From Chlorokybus atmophyticus (taxonomy: Eukaryota > Plantae > Mesostigma and Chlorokybus algae): 64,000 nt of DNA. Made by a program: the position numbers and the translations under genes. Location of the stretch: the NCBI GenBank assembly GCA_009103225.1, contig RHPI01003578.1:124001-188000 (forward strand), read 5' to 3'. Below the pieces are notes generated by a model. That model did no database searches. It saw nothing but the letters and a program-made list of their open reading frames with translations, and had not been told where the DNA came from. Within the stretch, counting starts at the first letter, position 1; every line of letters starts with the position of its first letter. Shown one piece after another: positions 51,956 through 64,000 of this stretch.

Positions 51956-52562
51956 GCTATGTACAATGCTGCCTCCTTGTTCTCTTCCTTCTTCTCTTAC
52001 TCCAAGAACCAACAGGGCACAGCACACCGTCACAGCCCTCCTCAGCCGCCTCCGCCGGGGCGGCGTTGCCGTTGGCGCGTCACTGCGTGGCAAAACGCGT
52101 CGCAGCGTGCAGTTTGAAAGTTTGAATGATACTGAAAACTGCGAGAAAGTGTAGACCTGCTAGTTTTGCTTCAAGGTGTCGTCTGGGCGGCGGCGGTGAC
52201 GGTGCGGAGAGAGAGAAGCTACGCAGCTTGCAGAAAGGTGAGGATTTGGGATGTCGCTGTTGCTGCTTGTGCAGCGGTGCGGACTTGTGCTGGCTGGACT
52301 CCAGGCCAACTCCAGGCAAAGCAAAAGCGCCGCTCAAGCTTACAGCTCAAGCATAAGCGCACGCGCGCGAACGGCGCGGGGGGGTAGGGGATAGGGGTGG
52401 AGTAACTTATACATGTGATAGAGGAAGGCAGGAAATGTAAGCACACGCACAAGCAAAGCACACAAGAAGTCTAGCATACACCAAACACAACCATGGCTTG
52501 TACTCAGCTGGACCTCACTGCACTCCATCAGGCAGAAATGTTTGGGCCCATATGCAACGTGC

Positions 52563-52587
52563 TCCCCCCCCCCCCCCCCCCCCCCCC
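52563..52587. repeat. Poly-C tract ending in an N
   Basis: Seen directly. Confidence 0.9.
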
Positions 52588-53935
52588 NACACACACAATG
52601 CTGCTACAAGGGCTAGTTGCTAACCACAGCCATTGTGCAAGTGACCACCATTACCACTGCCGTTTATGCATGCATGAATGCATGTCTGACAGGGGGGCGA
52701 TATGTGTAGGGGTAGAGTAAAAGGTAGAGTAAGCCCGGTGGTCATACATGCAAGTGCGTGTGGTTAGTGTGAAAATGCATGTTTATTACAGCCTCGCGCT
52801 TATGATGTACACACCATAACCACCATGCAGGATCTCAACTTCTCTACTCACGCACTCACTCAAAAAGCCCAAAAGCGCACACAAGTGCACTCTTGTACAT
52901 CATGTACGCAATCACGTTCCCATCGCCGCACACACACAGGCATTCGCTAGCAGCATAGTGCCATAATCTTGGGTCGGGTGCTGTGGCCCTGTCTTGCCAT
53001 GGTGGCGGTGGTGAAATAGGAGTTGGCGGCACTACTTGCATGCTTGCTGCTGTTGAGCGACTAGTGGCTTATTTGTCCGACCTTGCTGCAGACTAAGTGA
53101 TATTGTTTATGTGTTGACAATCAGGGCCTAATCGGGTTGAGCGTACATATGGAGATGTGCAGCTATGATAGCTCATCGTTGAAGTATAGCAAAAAGTGTT
53201 TTTTTTGGGTGATCGTATGCATTAGTATGCTTAGTAGTTTCTTATGGTTTTGATGCATGTGTACTATGTAAGCTATATATGCGATTACTATTCTAATTCA
53301 AGCAAGTTGGCATGTGTGCAAGCGTGGTGCACATGCACGTACCAACATATATAAGCACATATGCTCACACATGTTGCACGGTTATGCGCTTACACAACAG
53401 CACTTGAGACGTTATACAAATATTATTCGGGTCGAGGTTTATGTCTACAAAGTGGTAACAATAAAAATAAGTGGAAGCATATCATATCATATAATAACGA
53501 GGATAACATGATGTGATCCTCGTTATCATCACACTCAAAGTATTTAAAGGCCTTCTCTGCCATCTTATGCTCTTAACAGGGATTATTCGGTACAACATAA
53601 TTGGCTTCAATTGTTAAGAGCACGAATATGTTTATACCGCCGCTTTCTTAATCACATCATTAGCACCATGCCCGCATCACGTCGTACTCATTGCGTGCAT
53701 TACGCCATAAAATCCTGCGTCACATCCATCATGCACCCCCCCCCCCNTAACCTTGTCCAAGATAGCATATTTACCAAAACTAACGGGGACGTCATGAAAA
53801 GCACGCTGAAAAGTAGGTCGCGGACGCTCTGCGGTTGCCCGCGCGGACGCACCAACTTGTGCTCATATTTAAAATTTATTCGCATACATTGTGACAATTG
53901 ACATGACGTGGTGATGTGCTACGGACGGTCGGAAC

Positions 53936-54155
53936 TGTCACAAGTTGATCTAACGGTCGATGCCTGGTAGTCGCCGTCTAGCCAATGAGAGGCAGACGGG
54001 CCGCGCATTCCGCGCAACCCGGCAGTCGCGGGTGCTGCATGTCATGGCCACTGGCCTTGTGCGTGTGTTTGTGTGCCCTAATGCCGGCTGGCCGAACGAT
54101 ATTACTTAGTTAACTATGCTAACCAGTGTGTGCGCACATGGAACAACTTGTGACA
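53936..54155. mobile_element. Possible small MITE-like element with 15-bp inverted ends
   Basis: TGTCACAAGTTGATC (53936) versus GAACAACTTGTGACA (54141): 14 of 15 complementary. No clear target-site duplication. Confidence 0.3.
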
Positions 54156-54269
54156 TATTGAATATATCACCATATACACACCTTCTATTGTCCTGATTGC
54201 ACCATATTATGACGAGACGGGCGCTTGGTGATGACGGCGGCGATTGAGGTGTACTTGTCGTGAACGGTG

Positions 54270-54965
54270 TGTCATTGTAAGAAGGGGGGTGCTACCGCCC
54301 CCTTGATCCCCTACCCCAACACTACCACCACAGCCACGTCGCCGTCGCCGGCCTCGCCGCCGCCGCTGGCGGCCAGGGGATCGAAAGATCCCCTGGCTAT
54401 ATCGACCTAAGAGATAAGTCTCAAGTTGATATCGGTGTTACATAACATAACACCTTAATAGGGCCTAAAAAGGTCCTCATACGACTCTAATGGCTGTGTT
54501 TATCCCATTGGGGACCTTATTTCTCATTAAATAAGGGCGGGGAAACGCATAGCGGTAGCACTCCGTTACATTCCCCCCCACTTAGGTTTTAATGTCATTG
54601 TGAAGGGGGTTGCTACCGCCCCCTTTACTTCCCTACCCCGCCACCACCACCACGGCCACGTCGCCGCCGCCGCCGCTGGCAGCCAGGGGATCGAAAGATC
54701 CCCTGGCTATGGCGGTCGCTGCGTTAGCAGCGCCGCCATGCGGCCGATATCGACTTGACTCATGTCTCCAGTCGATATCGATTTGAGACATGAGTCAAGT
54801 CGATATCGGTGTTACATAACATAACACCTTATCAGGGCCTATAAAGGCTCTAATACGACTCTAATGGCTGTGTTTGTCCCGTTGAAACCCTTATTTCTCA
54901 TTAAATAAGGGCGGGAAACGCATAGCGGTAGCACTCCGTTACATTCCCCCCCACTTAGGTTTTTA
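54270..54965 (+). repeat. Tandem duplication (units of about 323 and 373 bp) packed with nested hairpins
   Basis: Units start TGTCATTGT..GAAGGGGG and end CCCCCCACTTAGGTTTT. Each contains GCCAGGGGATC-GAAA-GATCCCCTGGC, GGTGTTA-CATAACA-TAACACC and CCTTATTT-CTCATT-AAATAAGG, closed by the long-range pair TGCTACCGC/GCGGTAGCA. Confidence 0.92.
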
Positions 54966-55024
54966 TGTCCTCATTGAAGGGTTAGCAAGGCCCCACCGTG
55001 AGCACTGAAAACACACGGAATTTT

Positions 55025-55645
55025 TCCCACGGACCAGCCCTGGTCCGCACGTACGGTACCAGGGCAAAATCGCCTGGGCTGCTTGGGGTCCGGACCAGGG
55101 TTGCCCGCCTTGGTCTGCACGCGGGGACCAGGGCTGGTCCAAACAGTACGTAATTGTCCCACGGTCCCCCAAAAAACCGAACCGAGGCTGGTCCCGATCA
55201 GAAACTGTTAGAGGTCGGACCGGTTATGGTCATGTGTAAGGACCATCAATGGTCCATGTTCATACAAGCATGCAAAGTAGCAGCCATGGCTGGTGCGCAT
55301 CTATACCGGTAGATAGTCGAACCAGGTGTGGTCCGGTTGGCAGTGTTTATTGTGCGTTATGGCCGGCTGTAGCCGAACCAACTTTATAAGCTGATCGGCA
55401 GCGGCTGAAATGCTTGAAATTAACTGTGCTCTGGTGGCTGACTGCGGTCAGCTGCAGCTGCAATTGAGCCGCAGCTGACCGCAGTTAGGCCGCCGCTCGT
55501 GGCCTGGCGGGCGGCCTGGTGCTCCATACCAAGAGCACCAGGCCACGCCGCTGGCCTGGTCATGCTGGTCTGGTGGCGACCAAGCCAGCATGGCCAGGCC
55601 AATTCAAGAGCACCAGGCCAGCGGCGTGGCCTGGTGCTCTTAAAT
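55025..55645. repeat. Palindrome-rich island (GGACCAG...CTGGTCC motifs and 15-bp-stem hairpins)
   Basis: GGACCAGCCCTGGTCC, GGACCAGGGCTGGTCC, ACTGCGGTCAGCTGC...GCAGCTGACCGCAGT and AAGAGCACCAGGCCA-GCGGCG-TGGCCTGGTGCTCTT. Confidence 0.85.
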
Positions 55646-56179
55646 GTGGATTAGTAGAGTAGAGTTACAGAGCAGACATGCGTACATACATGATGGCTCT
55701 TCGTGATGGCTTTGTTTAATAAGCTACATAGTTATAAGCCTGTTATCAAGAATGCAAGGAAGTATGCCCAGCAACACTCGCTGCTCACAAGCCACAGCGC
55801 AGCAAACATGAACAGATGTTTGAACATTATTGCGTTGCATTAAGCATACATCTATCGCCACAGTGAAACACCCAACTACCACTGAAAATGCCAACTGAAC
55901 TGGTACCTGCCTAGCTCAATAAGCATTCGCACACGCACACATGCATATAGTTGAACAGTCACGGACAAGTATTGCATCACAAGTTGGTACCTGTTGCATG
56001 GTGCAATGCCCGCTCCTCACTCCATGTTCTTGCTGCCACACCTTGGCTGCGAGGTCTGCACGTGCGTGCAACTATTAGTGCATGGGTGCCATTGTCGGCA
56101 ATTGTTGATGTCTAGATCTGTGTGCGTGTGCGTGCAGAGAAGTAGGTGCTTGCAGGCACGTGCATGTATGCAGGCCCAC

Positions 56180-57075
56180 CTATACAGCTGGCGCTTCCAG
56201 ACAGCCGCCTATACTTTCAGATATTAATGATTGGATATACCTGCGCAGCCCTGGCCAGTGCGGCCATGAGCCAGCGATACCCAATCGGCCAGCCTCATAG
56301 GCTGCACCGCATAGTGCAGCCTCATTTTCCAGCAGGTCAAAATAGTGGTAGACCACGTCTCTCTTCAAAGCACATCTCCTGGCCTTGTCCAATGCTTCAG
56401 CCTTGCGGGAGGCCAATCGCTTTCTTCTTTTGAGGCCTTGCCACCATTTCTTGCCAGTTATGCCCTTGGGATAAAGCTTGGCTCTTGCATCGCCTACCAA
56501 TCTCTTCCCTGCTTCAATACATATCTCTGTTCAGGTGACTCCTCAGCCACACTTGTTGCGGGTGATCACAATCTATGCCAACCCCTCCTCCTCTTCGTCA
56601 TTAAACAGAGTTGCAACACAAGCACCCCTGCGCGCACACCACTGCCTCAGCCATCATCAGCTATCACTAACACACTTAAGTCCACTCACATGTATTTGTC
56701 TAGCAGGCTTGGGTTTGCGCAGAATCTGCGGATGGTGGTTCTGGGTATGCCAAGCTCGGGGAGTGCATCGGTGATGGTCATGCAGCCTTGGTTGACAGCT
56801 TAAACTGCTCTGTAAATGTCCTCCATGCGAAGCTCGTAGTTTCTGTAGCCTTTGTGTCGTTGTGAGCGCGCAGGGTTTTTGGCTTTTACACGTTTGCCCT
56901 GTATTGCAAAGGTCAGATGGCCACATGATGCAACAGGGTGGACTGAGCGGCAATGACGCGATGATAATAAAGCCAGGTTAATCAGCAAGCCACCCACTGT
57001 GCTGCCAGTGATGACCATGCGTAGCCAGTAGTTGTAGCTAGCAGCTGCAGTTGTAATTGTAGTGCAAGTGCACAC
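56180..57075 (-). mobile_element. Fossil pogo/Tigger/Fot1-type (Tc1-mariner superfamily) transposase, N-terminal DNA-binding part with in-frame stops
   Basis: psq-type HTH EDIYRAV*AVNQGCMTITDALPELGIPRTTIRRF; CENP-B-type HTH LFNDEEEEGLA*IVITRNKCG*GVT*TEICIEAGKRL...GKKWWQGLKRRKRLASRKAEALDKARRCALKRDVVYHYFDLLE. No intact DDE core was found. Confidence 0.8.
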
Positions 57076-59677
57076 TGTAATGCACCAGCTTGCAGGCTTG
57101 TGTCGGACTCACTTGCACGCCTATTATATTGGAACTGCTGCTTCTCCCCATCGCCCACCTTCCACCTGTGGATGGCTTGCCTATCAGTCACAGCCTGTTG
57201 CAGCAACCACAACTACAACAGCGCTCTCACAATGCTGCTACCAAGCACACATTGCTGAGTATGCGCATTATAACCACTTGCATGCTCTCCCCCACCTCAC
57301 CTCCAGTGAATGGCTTGCCTATCCTCACCCAGCACTTGTTGCAGCAACCACAACTCCCACAATGCACTTACAATGCTGCTACCAAGCACGAACAGCTTAG
57401 TATGCCTCCCCGGCGCTGTGTAGGCTATGCACAACTTAGTGACATAAATCAATATTTGTTACGCGTTAATGCATATATAGTGCAACATGTAACTTTTACA
57501 AATGAGCTTCCATTAACATGACACTCAGGAAACAAGGTCTTCTTTGCCTTACAAACACGTAAACAAAACCGCGTCCTACTCACTATGCATATGCAAAAGT
57601 TACTACAACTCAAAGTATAACCATAAGTTGAGGCTACCCAACCCCAACTGTATTAGGCCTTTGAAAATTCAGATTTGCCGCCACAGATGTCCGTTTGCCG
57701 TGAAATTGGCTCAAGTGTGCATTACACTTAGAGCTACCTAACTGCAAAGTTTGACCGCGATTGACCAAGGGGACAGGAAGACATCCGCCAAAAACCATGT
57801 ATTGGCCAAATAAGGGCGAGTGGTCAAATCAGGCACCTCTACCCTAGTCAGTGAACCTAGTCAGTGAACCGCAACCGCTCAACTGAACTGCAACCGCTCA
57901 ACTGGTACAACCTACTCTGCTAGGGTCTAGATTGGACATGCCTTGCGCCAGATTTGTGCCAAGCAAACGTACAGGCAACGAGAGGCGCCTGCTGCCACAA
58001 AACGCCACGGGCTAGGGTGTACGACTCAAACCGAATGTGCTCGACTGGTACATACATACGTACGAACAAACCTGGTGTACGGTGCATGTTGCGCCACATC
58101 GGTCTTATATCACACTGCTAGTTGGTCGCTTGAGAGGACTTGGTTGGTTGTTCAAAACGGAAGGCCGCGTGCAGAGTGCACAACATGATTATCATCATGA
58201 CCTGAAACGGACATCCGTGCGCAGCCACTGTACCTAGTACAGTGGTTGTACACAGTAGCTGCCGTACGTATCCTACCCGGAAGCGGCCGGAAAGCCGGAG
58301 CTCCACACACGGCCTGCCAGTGCTGCGTCACACCTGCGCGAGTTACACCGCCAGAACCAATTCCGGTTATCATACAAATCTGAGAGCACACCAGTTTCAT
58401 GAATCCACAACCAGGCCAATGATGTGACAGACCAGTAGCTAGTGCTGCTAAAAAAATCTCGTCAGAAGTGTCGGTCACAGAAGCACCGGTCACAGGCTGT
58501 ACCTCACAGCGCTGTCGCATGCATTCTGTCATCGTCAGCGGATTGAGTGATGGCTTGTCTTATGAATTGGCGGTCGAAACTCGAGTGTGCAAGTTGCGCA
58601 GCACAAGTTATTCTTTGCATGCGTTGCTTTGCACAACGCATCTAACCATTCATGCATTGTTGCGTCATAGCGGCAAAGGCCTTACTAATGTGCCGCGCAA
58701 AACCCTTGCCGCGGTGCCCGTACCAAACCAGAGGTGTTTCGCGGAATTGCGTTGTGCTGACAGCAGCTTTGAGATTGGGATTGGTGGGGTGGGTGGCGGC
58801 GGCGGCGGCGGCAGGGGCGGCGGCGTGCGCAGTGGGACCACTGAAGGCTGAATCGCTGTACTGCCCCGTGCACTCTGTCGACGCTTTTTTGCCAACGCAA
58901 GGTGCGGGGTTCGGCGACGTAACGGTTTTGTGTGGTCATGGCCCATGCAGTTGTCCAAGCAGCTGCTGCCTGTGGGTTTGTGTTGAGCTGTGGTTGCAGC
59001 TTGTACCACCGTTCATGTTGGGCGCTGTCACATTCGTTACTACGTATAGTCTGCGTGGTCGCCCATGGCCGAGTATGGACAGTCGGTGCTGCTGTATGTG
59101 CGAAAGGCAAGTCTTGGTCTTAGACCTACAAGCTGGCAGCATAGGTTGTATGTTTGCAGTGTGTGCTTGCCCGTTGACACCTTACGGTTGCGATGTTTAA
59201 CATACACATTCAAACATTTCAAATATGCCGTATGTCATCCCTTTTTGCACTTGGATTGCATTGCAGCAACCTGTGCAACGGTTACCCAGCGGTACCTGCA
59301 TAGCGTTGACTTGCATGCAACTTCCATGTGTGACGAGGTCAGGGCTAGGGTTAGGTCAGTTCGTAGTAACGCAGCTTGGCCTGAGCACAGAGAGTTGTTC
59401 CAGGTGGAGAGCACAGTAACTGCAATGACTGCATGCTTGGTTGTCACATTAGTTTTCTTTGCTATAGCGGCTGGTCCATTACCTAAACTCAAGCATTGGA
59501 ACAGCTGTTGCGGTGCATCTCATTAACCGTGCTTTGTCGCTGCCAGGCCCGGTAGACAAAGTCAGGTAGATGAAGCAAAACCGGTGGCGCCTTTCCACTG
59601 AAGGGGGGAGGCGCCATCAACAATGCTCTGTCCTATGCTACGTTAGCTGACGCAGTCCCGAACACGCCTGCCTTGCA

Positions 59678-62600
59678 ATGAACCCCGTTGCTAGGGCGGA
59701 AGCCACAGAAAGTGACCACCCTAGGTCCTCCGCCTCCCGCGAGCAAGCACCACCGCGTGAGCCTGCTTCAGAGCGCATTGTGTTCGACCGCAGTCTTACA
59801 GGTGCCAGCTGTCAACAGATCATGCACGTGTTGCGTTTACAGAGTGTCCGCATGCAGTGTTGAGCAACCATGGCTGTGCACAAGTGGTCATGACTGCCAT
59901 GTTGACAGGTGTGATGGATGTGCTGATGGCGAGGGCACACCAGTCCCCTGATGTTCCTGCGCAAGATGCCTTGGCGTCGACCGCTAACCCTACATACAAC
60001 TTCGGCAGCTCTCCTGGACTAGCCGGGTGGGGTTTTGGGACGCCGCCTGGGCTCGGGTTGGGAACTCCCATTGCTGGAACCATCTGGGATACCTCACCTG
60101 GGGCCTTTCTTATGCACCTCACACCTCCGGTTCCAAGGGTACATTGGCTGACCAGAGTTGCCTTTGGTCCTCACCCGCATTGTGCATGGCAGTGTGCATG
60201 GCCTCATGGCTTCATCCATAACTCACCTGGGTGTTGAGCAGGCTGGTGAGGAGATTCCCAGCAACACAGCACATCTTGGCTTCCCAGCATCAGACGCAGG
60301 CGGGTGGCAACAGCCTGGCTTGCAAGCAGACCAGCTATGGAACAGCGCCAATGGAGGAAACCGGGACGATCAGGTATGACTAAAGTGCAAGACATGCCAT
60401 GGCTAATACGGTCATGTACTTGGGCACCGCATTCACCTTGTATGTCTCCAGGGCGCTCCTCATGTGGTTGGTAGACCAGAAGCGCACCGGCTGATGAGTG
60501 GCACCAACTCTGATGTCCCTGGGAAGTCGCAAGACTCGTCGGATGTGGACGAGCCATCATCTGAGGCCGAGGTCAAGCGACCTCGCTCGGGACATGAAGA
60601 GCCTGCAGCACAGGTGCATAGCTCATACGACACAAGTCTAATCCACTTCACTGGTCGCTGTTTAGTCTGGCATAACTTTGACCAGATGTCGTCTGTGCGG
60701 CCTGATAAGCTTGTGATGATCAGGACAAAGAGAAGCCAGGAACCAGTGGAAGGTCACAAGAGTCCAAGGCAGGTAGGAAGCGGGATGCACTCAAGCGAAG
60801 AGAGCAAAACCGAGAGGCATCGCGAAGGTGCACTACTGTTGCAGTGCTGCATTTGGTTGATCGGATGTTTATTGCGAGAGTGTGCAGAACCAATTATGTC
60901 ACTTGCAATGTTGCTTTAGTGCATTCGTCCATGTGCTGGGCAAGCATAATAACGTGGCAACGTGGCAGGCACCGAGAACGTGGCAAGCAGCGGGATGAAG
61001 CTCTGCGAATAGTCACCTCGCAGGTCAAGTCGCTCCAGCTGCGTGTACAGGAGTTGCAGAAGGGCCAGCAGGTGTGTTTCTGTGTCATCCCCCTTTGACT
61101 CGTTTCTGTGTGTGTGAATTCACGGTCATGCACCGTGTAACCTACGTGTTGCGCTTGTTGTTCCAGGCTGTGGATCAAAGAGGTCTTGTGGATCATCACA
61201 GGCAACAGCAGGAGCGGAACCTCATTCGGTTGCGACAGTTGCTGCCACAGATGGGAGATGGGCAGGCGGACACAGCAAATTCAGAATTGGCTTTGAGGAC
61301 TGCCGTTGCAGCCTTCTTGCAGGTACACCTTGTCAGTCATCACTAACAGTGCCCTTTTTTGCGGTTTCACGGTGACTGCATCCGGCAGGCAAAGTGGGCG
61401 TCATGTAATATGTATCTGCATGTTGTCTGTGAGGCAGGGTTGATGGGGGAGGGGATTTGTTTTTGGGGTTGCGTTGGTGCGCGCCCCTGGGAGGGGTAAT
61501 GCTGGGGAGGATTCTGCACACACACATCCTGAACCTAACATGTATGCAGGATGAAGATGGTTTCATTCAGCGATGGCAGGCTTTGAGGGCTACCAAACAG
61601 GCCCAGCGTTTGCAGACCCCTGAGCAATTGCAAGCTGCGCGTAACGCTGTGGATCCATTGATGATTGACCCCGAGGAGCTCCTCCGTCGCCATGCTGAGG
61701 GTAGCCACGGCGGTCCTGCAACCACAGAAGCCCCTCGACCGGCGTCGCGGGCGCCATCCAGGAGCAACGCCCAGCCATTGACGCCTGGTCGTGCCCCGCC
61801 TCCTGGTAAGCATGAGTGATGTCACATTTTTGGCAGACTTGCGATAAGCAAAATGCCAGTTATGACAGCAACTGGCGCTTACTGCAGGTTCAGAGGCTGC
61901 GAGGTGCAATGGAGCTGCATCAGCTCAAGATGAGCTCCCTCGTGAGCTTATGCCCAAGGTTGTTGGGCGTGGGGATAGTTGTGGGCATGTTGGCATGCAG
62001 GTTAGGGCTGTAATGAGTAAATCTTGCGCAGTTTCGAGCCATGGTGGACAGGGCTTTTGCAACGTTGCAGCGAGAGGACGCAAACTGGAACATCAATCTG
62101 GGTTGGACGGAGGCGCTGCAAAGTTACCTGCAGATAACAGAAGAGCAAGCGCAACTTACTCTGCAAATTGAGAAGGTGTGCGCTAACTCTGTTTCTGCGT
62201 AGCTTGTTGCGTTTTGAACACGTTGCAAGAGAACGGACAGGGATTGTGCCTGCTGACAATTGGCCTTTTGTTACTCAGGCTGGAGCATATGCCGTGCAGC
62301 CGCTCATTTGTGCTTCCTTCTCTCACTATGGGTGGAATGTCCCCTTTGTTGTTATGACGCTTCGCAACTTGGTGCGGTGTTTCCACACCGTTCGCAGTTT
62401 GTTCCTGCAAGTAAGGCAATGATGATCCTGCTGAGCTGCATACATGGTCTTAACCTCTGGCTTTGTCTCTCTTAACATTCATGCTCGCAACGCCTGGCCT
62501 GAGTGCGTTGTGCGGGCAACTTGCAGAAGAAAAACCTGCTGTACGTCTTTAATGCCACATTGTGCTCAGGTGTCTGCAGGGAGGGGTAAAGTGGGAAGCA

Positions 62601-63448
62601 TGTCCTTGGCCCTGCACATCCTGAATCGAGCGCGTCCCCAATGGTGGCCAGGTGCAGTTCACACTATGCACCAGTCCAGGAGTCCACTTGTTGCTCATAT
62701 TCGGTGGTCAGCAACATGTGGTTGTCAACCTCAGGTGCCATTTCTGCTAACGAGGAGATAGACGGCACGGGAGTCACTGGTGATGTGTACGCCGATCAAG
62801 AAGGGGATCCTGCTGTGTGGGCAACAGGCCTCGTAGAAACCTCAGAGCTGGTGAGTGTTTGGCTGCGCATGGCATTGCATCACGACTGCTTGCACGGTAA
62901 ATGAGTGCACGCAATTGGCTGCTCGCAGTACTTGAAGATGCGTTTGGGGCTCGTTGATCGCTTCCTGGAGATGGTGGCGGCTGGCAGCAAGGAAAGCTTT
63001 GCCTCTCTGGACAGCGAAATTGACCCTGAGCTTTCCAAATGGCTTGTGTATGGGCTGCTAGGGGACACCATGCGTCGGTTCTTCCAGTCATTAAGGTATG
63101 CAACAGCATGGAGAAGAAGTGTAATCCTTGCACTGGCACTCTAGCGCATTGTGCGTGCTCCACCAATCTGACTTCAGAATTAGTTTTGCACTTTCGAAAA
63201 CAACACCCTGCAGTGCTTGATGTGGTTGTAAAGCATGCATGAACACAGGCTTGTTGTGCAGGCCGGTGCAGCAGGCGAAGATGATCTTGCTGATGGCATC
63301 CCAGCATGGCGGCATATTTGCCGTGTGGGTGTTGCAGTTGTTAGGTTACCACCCTGGGGAGATTGTGCGCAACAGGGCAGGCAAAAACATGACCTTCGCA
63401 GATTGGTGGAACCTACGGGCCATCCTGGACGACTCGCAAAACTTGTAA
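59678..63448 (+). CDS. bZIP transcription factor with a long C-terminal globular region, about 14 exons
   Basis: Phase-consistent exons give KRDALKRREQNREASR|RHRERGKQRDEALRIVTSQVKSLQLRVQELQK (N-x7-R basic motif plus zipper). Later exons with good splice sites encode e.g. YLKMRLGLVDRFLEMV...GLLGDTMRRFFQSLR|PVQQAKMILLMASQHGG. The start and several C-terminal junctions are tentative. Confidence 0.75.
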
Positions 63449-63829
63449 TGTGTATCGTGTACAGTGATCAGATCTAGTGCTCCATGTACATCATCACCAA
63501 CCCAGACCTCAGGGAGATCAGAATAAGTACATGGGTACCAGCAGTGGTCGTTTGGCCCAGCACCCGCAATCCCTGTGAACACACAAGTACTGGTAGGCTG
63601 CTCGGTGGTTTTGTCAGTGTTTGTTCGTATATAGCCTAGCGTCTGTGCATATATAGACCCTAAGGATTTTGTAACGAAGTTTGCAGTTTACAGTCAACTG
63701 TAAGTTGCAGTCAATAATCGTAGACAGCGTGATGTTAGTCACAATGGGTGATGGCGGCAGCAGTGTCAAGTTGTGACCTAATCCACTTGCTGCTACCTGC
63801 ATCTGTTGCCCGCCTGCGCACTGCAGTGC

Positions 63830-64000
63830 GTGCACTGGCCATTGTGGAGATGCGCTGCGGCCATGGCTGTCCTGCCGGGATGGGCAGCGGTGCCAGTAAG
63901 CCCTTCAACGATGGAGGCGGGAGCACTGGTGATGGGGTGAGGGAGGGTGAAACGTCATTAGAGGTGCTGGCGGACGTGGCAGCTGCAGGCCGGAAGTTGT
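63830..64000 (+). CDS. Possible partial exon running off the window
   Basis: Open GC-rich frame ...GMGSGASKPFNDGGGSTGDGVREGETSLEVLADVAAAGRKL; no family signal. Confidence 0.2.

Noticed and set aside
54740-54845. Hammerhead-like spacing on the minus strand (CTGATAA-stem-GATA-stem)
   Set aside because: The core deviates at G8 and A14, the C3-G8 pair is broken and stem I cannot form next to the cleavage site; the pattern is explained by the palindromes.
54851-54866. TAATACGACTC, the first 11 nt of the T7 promoter
   Set aside because: The match stops before CACTATAG and the sister repeat has TCATACGACTC; treated as chance, not vector contamination.
55652-57921. Possible pogo terminal inverted repeats (TAGTAGAGTAG versus CTACTCTGCTA)
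   Set aside because: Only about 10 of 11 bp match, in low-complexity sequence, and do not extend.
58190-58280. YLVQW chromodomain-like word
   Set aside because: No further chromodomain residues; the frame is interrupted.

Overview
Eukaryotic, intron-containing, gene-dense window, probably from a green alga. The organism call is inference from GC-rich exons, short GT-AG introns and closest recalled homologs in land plants. About 15 protein-coding genes could be assembled by hand from splice signals and protein motifs: AIM24-like; Reeler-DOMON-cytochrome b561; plastid RNI-like LRR protein (EMB2004-like); ATG9; a membrane-anchored PB1-UBA protein; a transit-peptide-bearing ERI1 exoribonuclease-TatD nuclease fusion; a 3R-MYB with substituted base-contacting residues; TCF25/Rqc1; a TM-coiled-coil orphan; a UBL-LRR protein; WDR53; a TRM140-type double methyltransferase; a fucosyltransferase-fold protein lacking the conserved Arg; and a bZIP with a long unassigned C-terminal domain. 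Non-coding features include a scrambled local duplication (35.8-37.4 kb), long microsatellites, a hairpin-packed tandem repeat and palindrome island (54.3-55.65 kb) and a fossil pogo-like transposase. The best leads are the ERI1-TatD fusion, the TM-PB1-UBA protein, the altered MYB3R and the structured tandem repeat. All family assignments rest on motif recognition from memory; no searches were run.
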